The position numbers and the translations under genes are program-made. Below are positions 23,615-34,119 of a DNA stretch of 64,000 nt, one piece after another. Position 1 is the stretch's first letter; every line of letters starts with the position of its first letter. The stretch comes from Mantamonas sphyraenae STR306. Its lineage: Eukaryota; Protista; CRuMs. Under the pieces are notes generated by a model. That model was not told the DNA's origin. It made no database searches and saw only the letters and a list, made by a program, of their open reading frames with translations. The stretch covers positions 248,001 to 312,000 of the forward strand of contig JAPMXV010000005.1 of the NCBI GenBank assembly GCA_026936335.1, written 5' to 3'.

Positions 23615-26529
23615 TCACGTCCTGCCTTGCATCTCCAACGACTCGCGCTCTTCCTCGTCCTTGCCCTGGAGGCAGTGGAGGAACTGGTCCCAGGAGTGGA
23701 CGTTGAACATCTTGATCCAGGCAAAGATAAAGGCGGCAAAGGAGGCAAGGCAGAGGATGATGTGAAAGACCACAAGGACGCTGCCGGTCGTGGCACGCGT
23801 GACAAGGTTGTCTGCGGTGGGAGCGTCCATGTAGACGAGGCAGCAGCCGACAGAGACGATGTCGAGGATGGTGGCGAGGAGTTCGAGGTAGAGCTGGGCA
23901 CTGTCGATAAACGGCTGGATGACGCCGATTTGGACGACGTGGAGCACCAGCACAAACATGGTGACAATGACCTGGGCCAGGGGCGACGTGCGTGCAAAGC
24001 CAATGGCCACGGCCACGAGGAACTTCTTGGCCATGGCGTTGGCAAAGAACCACGGGGCCTTGCTCGTGTACTGTTCGTACATGCAGCCGAAGCGCATGCG
24101 AGTGCGGCGGCGGAAGGTTTGGCCCTTCAGCTTGGCAGTGCCGTTGGCGCTGCGTGCGCGGAGGAAGAAGAAGCCAAAGAGAGGGAATCCCAGGCCGTAG
24201 AAGGCAAAGACAATCAGGGCGACCACCCACAAGCCCCAGCCACTCTGCTCGCCGTACGTGATGGTCACGGCGGCAGTGAGGAGTACGGGCGAGTAAGAAA
24301 ACATGAGGACGCGCAGGGTGGCGTACACGAAGCGGTTGGGCAGGATGCCGGGCTTCTGGGGATCGGCATCGAGAGTGAGGGCCTTGGCAATCACCCACGC
24401 AAGGGCCGTGAGGATGAGCATGCCCACCAAGAGGATGCCAAAGTAGAACACGGCGCCACTGAACACCTGCGAAGCCACGAGTCCCGACTTGGAGGAGTAC
24501 TGTTCCACGGTGAGCAAACGGCGTGCAGCCGAAGCCGAGGCAGCGGCGTCGGTGGCCGACCAGGGGGCCTCGATGCCGTACAGGGTCCAGGAGAACACGC
24601 TGGAAAAGGTGATGTACATGGTGGGGAAGTTGACGCTGATCATGCTCATCATGGCGACAAACTGGAGGCGATCCATGAGGAAGGCGGTCTTTGCCGAGCG
24701 TTGTGCACGCCACCAACTCTTCTGCACGAGGCTGCCACTGAGGGTTTCCTGTACGTCATCCTGGATGGCAGACACGAGGTCAACGAGCATCATGAAGCCC
24801 CACAGGCCGACGAGCATCCAAGAGAAACCGGTAAAGCCTTCGGGCGGGCACGAATCATACTGCCAGTCGGGGCAGATCTGCTTGGTGCTTGCGGCGGGAC
24901 CGGTAATGTTGCCATCGATGCACTGGGAAGTGGTGGCACACCAACCACAAAGCGGGTCGATGAAGCATGCGTTGCAATCCTTGCGTGTGGAGCATGGCGG
25001 ACGGTCGGGGATGACGGTGGCACAGTCGGCACCACTGTACTTGGGTTGGCATGTGCAAGTGAAGGTGTCAAAGTTGCATGTGCCGTGGCCACTGCACTGG
25101 CCGGGACAGGTGCGAGTTTGGCATCCGTCGCCGATGTAGTCGCCCGCACAGACGCAGGTGCCGTTGTTGCACGTGCCCTCGCCACTGCAGTCACCCAGAG
25201 CCACAGAGGACATGGGGCAGGTGAGGGAAGCGCAGGCGGAACCGGTCCAGTTCTTTGCCTGGAAGGCACCCTGGCACTGGCAGGCGCCAAAGACACAGTT
25301 GCCATGTCCGCTGCACTCGTCGGGGCATCGTTCGGTCATTTGCAGGGCAAGAATGACGCCCGTGGGTGTCGAGTCTGCCTGTTTGCTGGTGCCGATGTGC
25401 ACGACGCGTGTGGCCTGGTTGACCACCATGGCCTGGAGACCAATCTGGCCTGCCTGGCTGGTGTTTGTGCCTGCAATGCGCCATGCATTCAGGTCGACCT
25501 TGATGACGGTGTCGCGGAACTGGGTGCCCACAAAGTCGGACACAGTGCCCATGTACAGGGCGCCGCCGGCGGTGTCAAGGGCCATACCGCGCGGGTTGCG
25601 CACAGCGAGATTGATGGAACCCACCTTGCGAAGGTCGCCGGCGGCCACGGAAATCTTGACCAGGAAGCCATCGACGGTGGAAAAGTAGGCGAATTGGCGT
25701 GGGGCGTCGAGGACACTGCTGATCATGGTGTGTTCAAAGTCCTCGATGCCAATGTGGCGCACATAGGTCATGGTGGTCAGGTCGACCTCGACCACACGTG
25801 GCGGATAGTCGCCGGTGCCCAGAAAGGCGTGTCCGTTGTACACCACACCGGTGGTGATGAAGGAGAACGTTTCGGGTGCGTTGGGCGGGTGCAGCAGCAG
25901 CGAGTAGTTGTGTCCATTCGACGTGTAGTTCATCGTCGTCGTGTCGATGGACATCAAGTTCGATGCAAACGCTGTGCTGACGTTGGACACAGGAACCACC
26001 TTTTCCACCACCGTCAGCAGTGTCTTGCTGTTGTGGCCGGGGAGGAGGATCATTGGCAAGGCAACAACGCCCCGGCAGCGCTACAGTGTGAGTGTGTGTG
26101 TGTGCCCGCCTGCAACAGTGTCACGTGGGCATATGTGCATGGGACATCCACAGCACTTGGAACGGTGCCGAATGTTGCGAGTGGGCGGCGAAATGGAGGG
26201 GCGAGCAAAAACCAAGAATGTTTTGGGAGGGCCTTGTCGGGACAACTCACCTGGCCTCGTCGTACGCAGGGAGGGAGGTCAGGAGCTCGGAGTTGGGCTG
26301 TGTGGAGGATGCAAAGGGGGCGGGGAAGGGAATGGTCAGCCGTGTGGGTAGATTTGCAGGCCAAGGGGTCTGTAGTGGAGGCGCAGGAGGCAACGCACCG
26401 AATGGGTAAAAGTTTGCTGGAGAACCGGCGAGGCAGGATTGGACACGTTGACCTTGCGGATGACGGTGCTGAAGGACGGCATCACATAAAGGCACTGCTG
26501 AGAGTCAGAGGACTGCATGCCCTGGATGA

Positions 26530-26560
<31 letters not shown>

Positions 26561-26905
26561 AGGGGTGGGTGGGGTCAGGCGCCGGGGTGCTCTGGCAACG
26601 AGAGAAGCGCACAGAATCTTGAAATGGGCGCATACGTACCTGTCTGCGGCAGGCAGATAGTAGAGCGGGGAAGGAGTGAAGCCCGTGTTGAGGTTGAACG
26701 GGGCAATGGCAGCCTGAGTGGGTGCACTGTTTCCATAGGTGGAAAAGTAGGCCCAGTTGTTGCTCATCTGGGCTGCAAAGGTGACCTGACCCGTGTTGGC
26801 CGGCAGCGTGGTCTCTGAAGAGAACACGAGGTCTTCCTGGCACGAAGCCAGCATGGCCAGTGCAAGCATGGCAACGACGCAAACAATGGACGTCCGCTGG
26901 AGCAT
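23615..26905 (-). CDS. Signal peptide + EGF repeats + PSI + TRP-like (Pkd2/Flc-type) multipass membrane protein
   Basis: MLQRTSIVCVVAMLALAMLA; CPxxCSGHGxC EGF repeats; CNACFIDPLCGWC PSI; LQFVAMMSMISVNFPxMY..F...FSW and RFGCMYEQY...WF...Q...QPF. Confidence 0.75.
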
Positions 26906-26955
26906 CGCTGAGAAAGAGTGGGCACCACTGCGGATTCATTCGTTTCCCAACAACA

Positions 26956-29900
26956 TCATCGGCGTTGTGTGGACATCGCTGGTGATGCAGTCACAGAGGA
27001 AGAGGAGGCAGAGGAGGACGATGATGATGACGATGCCGAGGTGGAGGATGAGCCAAAGAAACCCGCTCCGGAGCCGCGTGTGTTGGATGCCTTGCGGCCG
27101 CCGAGGTGTTTGCGGATGGCAGGCACCCAGCCGTCCTGGATGCCCATGGTGGTCTTTGCGTGGACAGCCACGAGGGGATGGACACGTACAAAGTAGTCGT
27201 CGATCTGAAGGAGGTCCTCGAGGGCGTTGACACGTCGGTCTGCAGCCAGATCCATGGGCGGTTCGTCGGCATCGGTGGTTTCGTGCAAGGTGACCAGAGA
27301 GGAGGCAGCAAGAAGCTTGAGGTGATCGGTGCAGTCCATGTGCAGCAGCTGTTCGATTTCTTGCAGCCTCCAGCTGGCCTTGTAGTTGCTGGCAAGGGCG
27401 ACAAAGGCAAGGCAGCGCAGGACGTCGCGGGCATCCTCCTCGTCGGCTTCGTCCAGCAGCAACAGGGAGGGAGAGGCTGTGGAGGAGGGCGAAAGGAGCG
27501 ATGTGGTGTTTGGGGACACCAGCAAGGTCTCTGCCGTCTCCTGCAGCTGTTGCCCAAGATAGCCGTCGTTGTGTTCCAACACATCGCGTACACGAAACGA
27601 GCGCAAATCCACCTGCCCGGATTCGACCAGGTCCGCCAGCGACACGATTGCCAACGGATGACCACCCAACTTGCCCAGTACAGCGGCCTCGTTCAACGCA
27701 TCGTGCTTGTTCCACGCCGCACGTTGCTTTCTGCCCTTGTGCTTGTTCTTGGCACTTGTGCGGGAGGAGGTGGTGGAGGCAGCGGTGGTGGTTGTGGAGG
27801 AGCTGCGGCGTGGGTTCACCTTGGTCTTGCTCCTACTGGTGCTCCCGGTGCCCCCGGTGCTGCCGATGGCGGTGGATGCAGACAGCGAGGATGAGGAGGT
27901 GGACGATGTAGCCCCCGTGCCTGTGCCTGTGGCAACAGTCAATTCGCCCCAGTCGGCTGCGTCGAGTTGACGGCCCATGCGTTCCAAGAACAGTGAGGCG
28001 CACGCATCCGGTGCGATTCCACCCACGTGAACCACCTTTTCATACTCGCTGATGGCTTGCATGGACTGCCGTGTGGTGAGAAGCACCTTGAGCCTGCGTG
28101 TGTTTTCCAGGAGCGTGTTGACCACGGCTCGGAATTGGCTGCAGCGCGTGCTGCGTCGCTTGCGAAAGCGCGACGACGACGCCACGCTGCCGATGCCTCC
28201 GGCTGTGTTGTCGTGGTTGTCCTCCTGCTCCTCTTCACCCAACACATAGGGACGCATGAGTTCGTCGGCGTCGTCGAGAAGGATGAGGCACTGGTGGTGA
28301 TGCAGGGCGGCAGCGAGCTCCTCGGCCGTGGCAAACGTTCCCTGCAAGCCGACGGCATCAGCCACGCGTTGAGGCACCAAACTGGCCTTGGTGACGCCCT
28401 TGAGGGACACCTCAAAGACACCGTCGGCCATGGTGACGGCGGCGGCGCTGTGATGGCGTGCACACACGTAATCGCACACGGCACGTGCCACGGTGCTTTT
28501 GCCGACGCCAGCACACCCAAGCAGTGTGGCCATGCGAAAGGTGCGTGAGAGGACAGAAAGCACACGTGCGACGTCTGCGTGGCGTCCGTGCACATCGGCC
28601 ACACCCACACGCTGGGTCAGATTGTTGAGGCAGGCAGGGGCCCCGGCAAAGGAGACACTGCCCACGTGCAGGCCACCAAAGATGGCCTCGTCGTGGTATG
28701 ACTTGTCTGTGTGGCGTGGGTACAGTTGGAACTTTGCACGGCCGTGTGTCTTGAGTTCGCGGCAACAGCATCGCTCGGTATGGGTCCCTTCCTGGGCGCC
28801 ATGGTGCTGCTCGTGGGCCACGCGATCGCAGCTGCTTCGGTGCGGGTGTGCGCAGCAGCACGTGTGCACGCCTCCCAAGCTGCCTCGTCGTCGTGCGCTG
28901 TCAAAAGCAAAGCGAACGCTGCGGCCGGCAAAGAGGTCGTAGTAGAAGCGACGCAGGAAGAAGCGCACGGGATAATCTTCGATGTCGTCCGGGTTACTGT
29001 GGATGGCCACCACATGCTTGACACCTGCGTCCACCATGGCCTGTGCCGTGTTGTGAGAGTACAAGGAGCAGACCACGACCAGATCCAGGGTGTACGGCGA
29101 CGTGTGAGTGCTGGAAGCACTTGAAGCGGAAGAATTGTTCCCACTGTTGGTGACGTTGCGCACATGGCGTTGCTGCGCCTTGGCAAGCAGGGTGCGCAGC
29201 CGTGTGCCTGGCAGAGCACGTGTGCCGCCCACACCATCTTCCAATCCGACGCAGCCTTCCTCGGCCACACCGTTGCACGACAGGTGCATCACTCGGCATC
29301 CGCTGGCCACGGCACCGATGATGTCACGTGCGCTTCCGGGCACTTGCAACATTTCGATGTCCTTGCACGAGTTGTGCATCTCCTCCAGCAGCACATCCAG
29401 CTCCTTGCCGTGGTCGCGCACGCGTACACGCTCGCTTCCGTGCTCCACCAGCGGCTGGCAGAACGCATATGCAAACATGTTGTTTGTGCTTGGCGTCACT
29501 GCTGTCTTGTCTCCTGCGTGTGCGTCGGATACCTCCTTGGTTGACGGTTCACCAGCCGTTCCTGTCGGCTGTGTCTGCTTCTGCTTGTGGTGTGTTGTTT
29601 TGCTCGTCGTCACCGATTCCACTTCATCCACTGGTGCCACGAGTGCCCCACCCGCCTGTGCCTTGGTCGAGGTGATTGTGGACGGGCTATCGACGCCGTT
29701 GTTGCTGCTGCTGCTGCTGCTGCTTGATGACAAAGTCGACACAGAGGGTTTCGTCTCTTGTGCAACACCCTCTGTGACTGTTGGTGACGACAATGTCGAT
29801 GATGACGTCGGTGGCATCGGGGTTGCTGATGCCGCCACATCGGAATTGGGCGAGGCCAGTTGATCGCTGGTACCTTTGTCCCTTTGTTCCTCGTCGTCAA

Positions 29901-32900
29901 CGCCAGCAAGGTTCTGCGTCGTTCCACTGCCCTCACGAGACTGCACATTTTCTCCGCCTGCTGAGTCTTTGGGCTGGTTGGGTTGCATCACGGTGGCGCT
30001 GGTGTCGCTGCTTGTTGCAGCAGCAAGTGCAACCTGGTCGATCCCACTGCCAGCCTCCATCTCTCCATCCACCACAGCCGGCGACGGATCCATGTATGTG
30101 GCTGCACTGGCCACGAGCACTGCGTCTGCGCGCTTGGCCATGGTGTCTTCGAGGCGGGTCTTTGCACGTCGTGCCTTTGCCATGGCCGCCTGGTTTTGTG
30201 TGCGTTCAGCAAGTGCAATGGCCTTTTCCATCATGGCCAAGGCAGCATCGGCTCCGGCTGTTTCCATGCTCTGTTCCATCTGCCACTCGCCAGCCAGCCG
30301 GTAGCATTTGCAAGCGTCCAACCACTCCTCCAGCTTTTCGTACTGTTCGGCTGCCCTCTGGATGGTCTCCATGGCGCGTTCCACGTCTCTTCCCATGCTG
30401 TGCAGCACCATGGCAATCTGGCACCACGCGTCGGCACGCAGGTGTTCATCGTCGGCAAGCTGCGCACTTTCCACAAGCTCCACCGCCACGCGGGCAAGCT
30501 CCAATGCCTGTCTGCTGCGTCGCCGCTGGGCCAGTGCCTTGCTGTACTCCACTGCCACTGTGGCACGGCCCACGGCGTCTGTCAGTTGTGTGCTGATGTC
30601 CAGTGCGCGTTCAAACACAAGCAGGCCTTCTTCTGTGCGGCCGCTCATGATCAGCATCCGTCCAAACGAGCACCCGATGCTCATTGGCGCACTCATCGGC
30701 ATGGATGCGGACGACGACGACGCAGACAAGTGTTCTTCCTGTCCTTCCTCCTGTCCCTGCTCCAGAATGCCGCCGCTTTCGCTGTCGACCTTGGGCGCGC
30801 CGTACACAGGGAACAGCCCCACACGACTGGCATCCAGGCACATCCACAGATTCAACTCCTCGGCGTCGACGAAATGGCCAATTTCGCGGGACACACCTAC
30901 GTTCTGGCCGACAGAATGGGCCAGCAAGTTGCGGCATCGTTCCGCAAAGTGGGCTGCAATCTGACGCACGTACAGCGTTCGTTCCGATGCAGTCAACACA
31001 TGTTCGTCCGCATACATGGTCACCACAGGCAGGGTACTGTACCGGTCGCGTTCTCCCACGCTGCTGCGCTGGACCAGACTCAGGTTCACCAGGGAGCGTT
31101 TGGCCGAGTCGCACTCTGCACGTCGCTGGGCCATCCAGATCTTGTCGTGTACATCCAGAGAGGAGGATGACGAGGAGGACGAAGGAGATGAAGATGAAGC
31201 GGCCCTCTCCTGGACAGTTCGCCAGATGGCATCAATGTCCTCCGAGTAGGCGCCGCCTGGCAGAAGGCCGAGGACGCCAAAGAGGACAACCGCCTGGGGT
31301 TCTGTTGTGCGCAGGTACTGCAGACTCATTTCCAGGCTCTGATGCACAGAGGTCTGCGTGGTGTGCTGGCCATCGGGGATGTGATCGAGTTGAAGCGCCT
31401 GAACATTCTTGGTCTCGATGAGTGTCTGCAGATCCTCGAGCGAGCGACCACGCAGCAGCGAGGCAGCGATGCACGTGGCATGCGGGACGCCTGAGCAGAA
31501 CTGGAGGACCGGGTGCTTGCGCAGCGTGGCCAAATCCTTCTCCTGGTCGTCCAGGAACTGAGCGGCGAGGTCGCGAAAGAGCTTGGCTGTGTCCTTTGCA
31601 TTGAGGTTGCGAAGGGAGTAGGTGTGTTCGCGCGGAATGCCCAGCACCTGCCGCGAGGTGACCAGCATTTTCACCTTTTGGGTGTCCATGAGTCGCTGGA
31701 GAAAGTCGCGAAAGTCAATGGGGATGGCGTTGAGTGGATCTTCGCAATTGTCCATGACGAGGAGGACCTCGAGTCGGCGCAGGGCTGCAAACAGTTCGCC
31801 GTCGTTGCGCACCTCCAGCCCCAGTGCCGACGCGGTGCTGATGCGCAGGGCATCGCGTGTGGTTTTGTTGCGTAGTTCGATCATAAACACACCGTCGTTG
31901 AAGTGCCTGCGCTCCAGGAGGTAGTTGCCCACAGCGACGGCCAGGGTGGTCTTGCCAATGCCCGGCATGCCGTGCACGGTGACGAGACGGCGTTCGGCCT
32001 TTTGGCAGAGGGCGTGATTGATGGCCACGAGGTCTTGGTTGCGGCCAACAAACGGATACGGAGTCACCGGAAGATTGGTAGGGGCCAGTTCTTTGGTATT
32101 GATGCAAGCACCGGACTCGAGGGCGTCAAACACACCCACGTCATGGTCGGCATCCTCGGGCAGCAGCACAAACTTGGCCATCTCCTCGTGGGGCACCTTT
32201 GGATCGCAGCACAAAGCTTGCGGACACTTGGATGCGGGGCACTGGTGGCGATACTTGCAGGAGGTGTGATGCTGGTGGAAGCAGCAGTTGGAGCTGGGCA
32301 AGTGCAGGTGTGCGCGGCAAGGAAGGGGTTTGTCAAGCTCCAAAATGCCCACCATGTCGGTGGCATGGTTGAAACTGGCCAACACCGAGTTGCCCTCCAC
32401 GAGCATGTGGTAAAAGTGTTGGGCGAAGCGTTTGGCGGTGGAGTCGAGGATTTTGGTGCTGCTGTGGACGGCGACGACGTGGGGCACGCCTGCGTCGACA
32501 AAGGCCTTGCCCACGTGCCACGAGTGGCACGCAGAGACAAACACAAGTTCAAACGGGGCCTCTGTCTTTGCACCTGCGGGTCGGATCAGCTGCTTGAGTT
32601 TGCCCACCGACAGTGGATCCATCCAGCCCAAACCGTCCTCGAAGCCCAGGAAGAAGGTCTTTTCGTTGCTTTGTTTGGTGCTGTTCATGCGGTCGCCGTG
32701 GCCACTGTAGTGCAGCACCTTTGGGCGTTTGGCCACCATTTTGCCGAGGGTCTCACGAGTGGCCACTTCGACACGGATTTTGATGCGTGCTCCTGCCTCA
32801 CTGAGCGAATCAAACAGCAGTTTGCGTTCCGTGCCCAGATCCAATGCGTCCATGTTCTTGGGCGCCCTGCGGTCGTACAAAAGGGGCGAAGCGTACAGGA

Positions 32901-34071
32901 GGGCCAAATCCAGGCGGACGTCATTGGCAAAGCGTGAACGAGGGCGTGCATACACACTGCCTGCGTCGTTGAAATCGATCGAGTCGCGCATGGACAGGCT
33001 GTTGTTGCTGTTGGACAGGGCGGCGCTTGTCCGTCCGCTGCCGGAACTGCTGCTTCCGCCGCTGTAGAACATGGACAGGGGCGAAGAGGAGGTGGAAGAG
33101 GTGGACGAGGTGGGAGGCAGCCCCACAGTGGCACCGAGGGGGCGTGTGGCCCACTTTGCTTTGCGGATGCCCGAGTAGCGTGGAATGCGTGAGCTGCTGG
33201 CATGGCTGTTGGCACTGGCAATGGAACTGGCCACGGTGGAGGAGGCCACGGAGGAGGAAGCTGTGGAGGAGACGCTGCTCGTGGGCGAGGTGGGCTCCGA
33301 GGCAAGGGAGGCTGTGCTCACGCGTCCACTGGTGTTGGTGTTGGAAGAGGACAGTACAGACTGCACTGCACTCTGCACTTCGTCCTCCAACAACGCCTCT
33401 TCGTCTTCCAGGCTGCTCTGGTGCACGACGTCGCCGTCATCGTTGTCAGGGTTGTCCTCGTCCTCGTCCTTGTCCTCGTCCTCGTCGCCGTGCGCTTGCG
33501 TCGATGCACTTGCGCTTGTCTGTGCAGGGTGCGACTCCATGTCCTGAGCAAGGCGGCGTGCAGTTTGGGGAGATGCAGGTTTGGTGGGCGTGGGGCGCTT
33601 GAAGCTGCTGTGTGGGGAGACGAGAAAGGAAGTTGGCGCGTCGACGGTGTTGATCAAGGCTTCGGGCGGCGGTGAGGCCGGCGACGGGACGCGTAGGTCG
33701 TTGGGAGGCTCGGAATCGGCCTGGCCGGCGTCGTGGGAAGCGAGAGGGGCGGGTGACTCGGAAAGAGAGGCGACACTGTGGTGGGAGGCGGCGCTGGCAC
33801 TGCTGGCGGGACGGAATTCGGGGGTGTCGGATGCCAGGGCTTGAGATGGGGCGACTGAGGATGCCGCAGGTGCGGCTTGTACATTCAATAATGATAAGAG
33901 CATGTCGTGGAAGGTGTCTGCGTCGCCCATGACGCTAAACACCTGGTGTGCGGCGACGATGCGTGGGTCGTTCGTAAAGGCCAGTTCAAACAACCTCTTC
34001 TTGGCCGCCTTGTCAAACCGGTCCTCGGGCAGCTGGGCCAGTAGCGTAAGCAAGTCGGCCAGCGAGGACAT
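26956..34071 (-). CDS. NLR-like CHAT-STAND(NB-ARC-like)-TPR-pseudoCHAT-STAND protein (2371 aa)
   Basis: CHAT LHYSGHG, FEDG, VFVSACHS; NTPase FVGR, GMPGIGKT, LLVMDNCE, LVTSR; TPR-like helices; second module HLSCNG, GCAGVGKS, LILLDDAD, LLTTR. Confidence 0.85.
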   Translation of the reverse strand: MSSLADLLTLLAQLPEDRFDKAAKKRLFELAFTNDPRIVAAHQVFSVMGDADTFHDMLLSLLNVQAAPAASSVAPSQALASDTPEFRPASSASAASHHSVASLSESPAPLASHDAGQADSEPPNDLRVPSPASPPPEALINTVDAPTSFLVSPHSSFKRPTPTKPASPQTARRLAQDMESHPAQTSASASTQAHGDEDEDKDEDEDNPDNDDGDVVHQSSLEDEEALLEDEVQSAVQSVLSSSNTNTSGRVSTASLASEPTSPTSSVSSTASSSVASSTVASSIASANSHASSSRIPRYSGIRKAKWATRPLGATVGLPPTSSTSSTSSSPLSMFYSGGSSSSGSGRTSAALSNSNNSLSMRDSIDFNDAGSVYARPRSRFANDVRLDLALLYASPLLYDRRAPKNMDALDLGTERKLLFDSLSEAGARIKIRVEVATRETLGKMVAKRPKVLHYSGHGDRMNSTKQSNEKTFFLGFEDGLGWMDPLSVGKLKQLIRPAGAKTEAPFELVFVSACHSWHVGKAFVDAGVPHVVAVHSSTKILDSTAKRFAQHFYHMLVEGNSVLASFNHATDMVGILELDKPLPCRAHLHLPSSNCCFHQHHTSCKYRHQCPASKCPQALCCDPKVPHEEMAKFVLLPEDADHDVGVFDALESGACINTKELAPTNLPVTPYPFVGRNQDLVAINHALCQKAERRLVTVHGMPGIGKTTLAVAVGNYLLERRHFNDGVFMIELRNKTTRDALRISTASALGLEVRNDGELFAALRRLEVLLVMDNCEDPLNAIPIDFRDFLQRLMDTQKVKMLVTSRQVLGIPREHTYSLRNLNAKDTAKLFRDLAAQFLDDQEKDLATLRKHPVLQFCSGVPHATCIAASLLRGRSLEDLQTLIETKNVQALQLDHIPDGQHTTQTSVHQSLEMSLQYLRTTEPQAVVLFGVLGLLPGGAYSEDIDAIWRTVQERAASSSSPSSSSSSSSLDVHDKIWMAQRRAECDSAKRSLVNLSLVQRSSVGERDRYSTLPVVTMYADEHVLTASERTLYVRQIAAHFAERCRNLLAHSVGQNVGVSREIGHFVDAEELNLWMCLDASRVGLFPVYGAPKVDSESGGILEQGQEEGQEEHLSASSSSASMPMSAPMSIGCSFGRMLIMSGRTEEGLLVFERALDISTQLTDAVGRATVAVEYSKALAQRRRSRQALELARVAVELVESAQLADDEHLRADAWCQIAMVLHSMGRDVERAMETIQRAAEQYEKLEEWLDACKCYRLAGEWQMEQSMETAGADAALAMMEKAIALAERTQNQAAMAKARRAKTRLEDTMAKRADAVLVASAATYMDPSPAVVDGEMEAGSGIDQVALAAATSSDTSATVMQPNQPKDSAGGENVQSREGSGTTQNLAGVDDEEQRDKGTSDQLASPNSDVAASATPMPPTSSSTLSSPTVTEGVAQETKPSVSTLSSSSSSSSSNNGVDSPSTITSTKAQAGGALVAPVDEVESVTTSKTTHHKQKQTQPTGTAGEPSTKEVSDAHAGDKTAVTPSTNNMFAYAFCQPLVEHGSERVRVRDHGKELDVLLEEMHNSCKDIEMLQVPGSARDIIGAVASGCRVMHLSCNGVAEEGCVGLEDGVGGTRALPGTRLRTLLAKAQQRHVRNVTNSGNNSSASSASSTHTSPYTLDLVVVCSLYSHNTAQAMVDAGVKHVVAIHSNPDDIEDYPVRFFLRRFYYDLFAGRSVRFAFDSARRRGSLGGVHTCCCAHPHRSSCDRVAHEQHHGAQEGTHTERCCCRELKTHGRAKFQLYPRHTDKSYHDEAIFGGLHVGSVSFAGAPACLNNLTQRVGVADVHGRHADVARVLSVLSRTFRMATLLGCAGVGKSTVARAVCDYVCARHHSAAAVTMADGVFEVSLKGVTKASLVPQRVADAVGLQGTFATAEELAAALHHHQCLILLDDADELMRPYVLGEEEQEDNHDNTAGGIGSVASSSRFRKRRSTRCSQFRAVVNTLLENTRRLKVLLTTRQSMQAISEYEKVVHVGGIAPDACASLFLERMGRQLDAADWGELTVATGTGTGATSSTSSSSLSASTAIGSTGGTGSTSRSKTKVNPRRSSSTTTTAASTTSSRTSAKNKHKGRKQRAAWNKHDALNEAAVLGKLGGHPLAIVSLADLVESGQVDLRSFRVRDVLEHNDGYLGQQLQETAETLLVSPNTTSLLSPSSTASPSLLLLDEADEEDARDVLRCLAFVALASNYKASWRLQEIEQLLHMDCTDHLKLLAASSLVTLHETTDADEPPMDLAADRRVNALEDLLQIDDYFVRVHPLVAVHAKTTMGIQDGWVPAIRKHLGGRKASNTRGSGAGFFGSSSTSASSSSSSSSASSSSVTASPAMSTQRR

Positions 34072-34119
34072 AAGGCCAGTTGTGTGCTTGTGTGTGTGGG
34101 ATTCGCCAGACGGGCGAAT

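Noticed and set aside
23573-26818. Long antisense ORFs (1081 aa here; also 3334-5106, 13806-15398, 58369-60645, 58776-61409)
   Set aside because: Shadow frames of GC-rich genes on the opposite strand, with no recognisable motifs.
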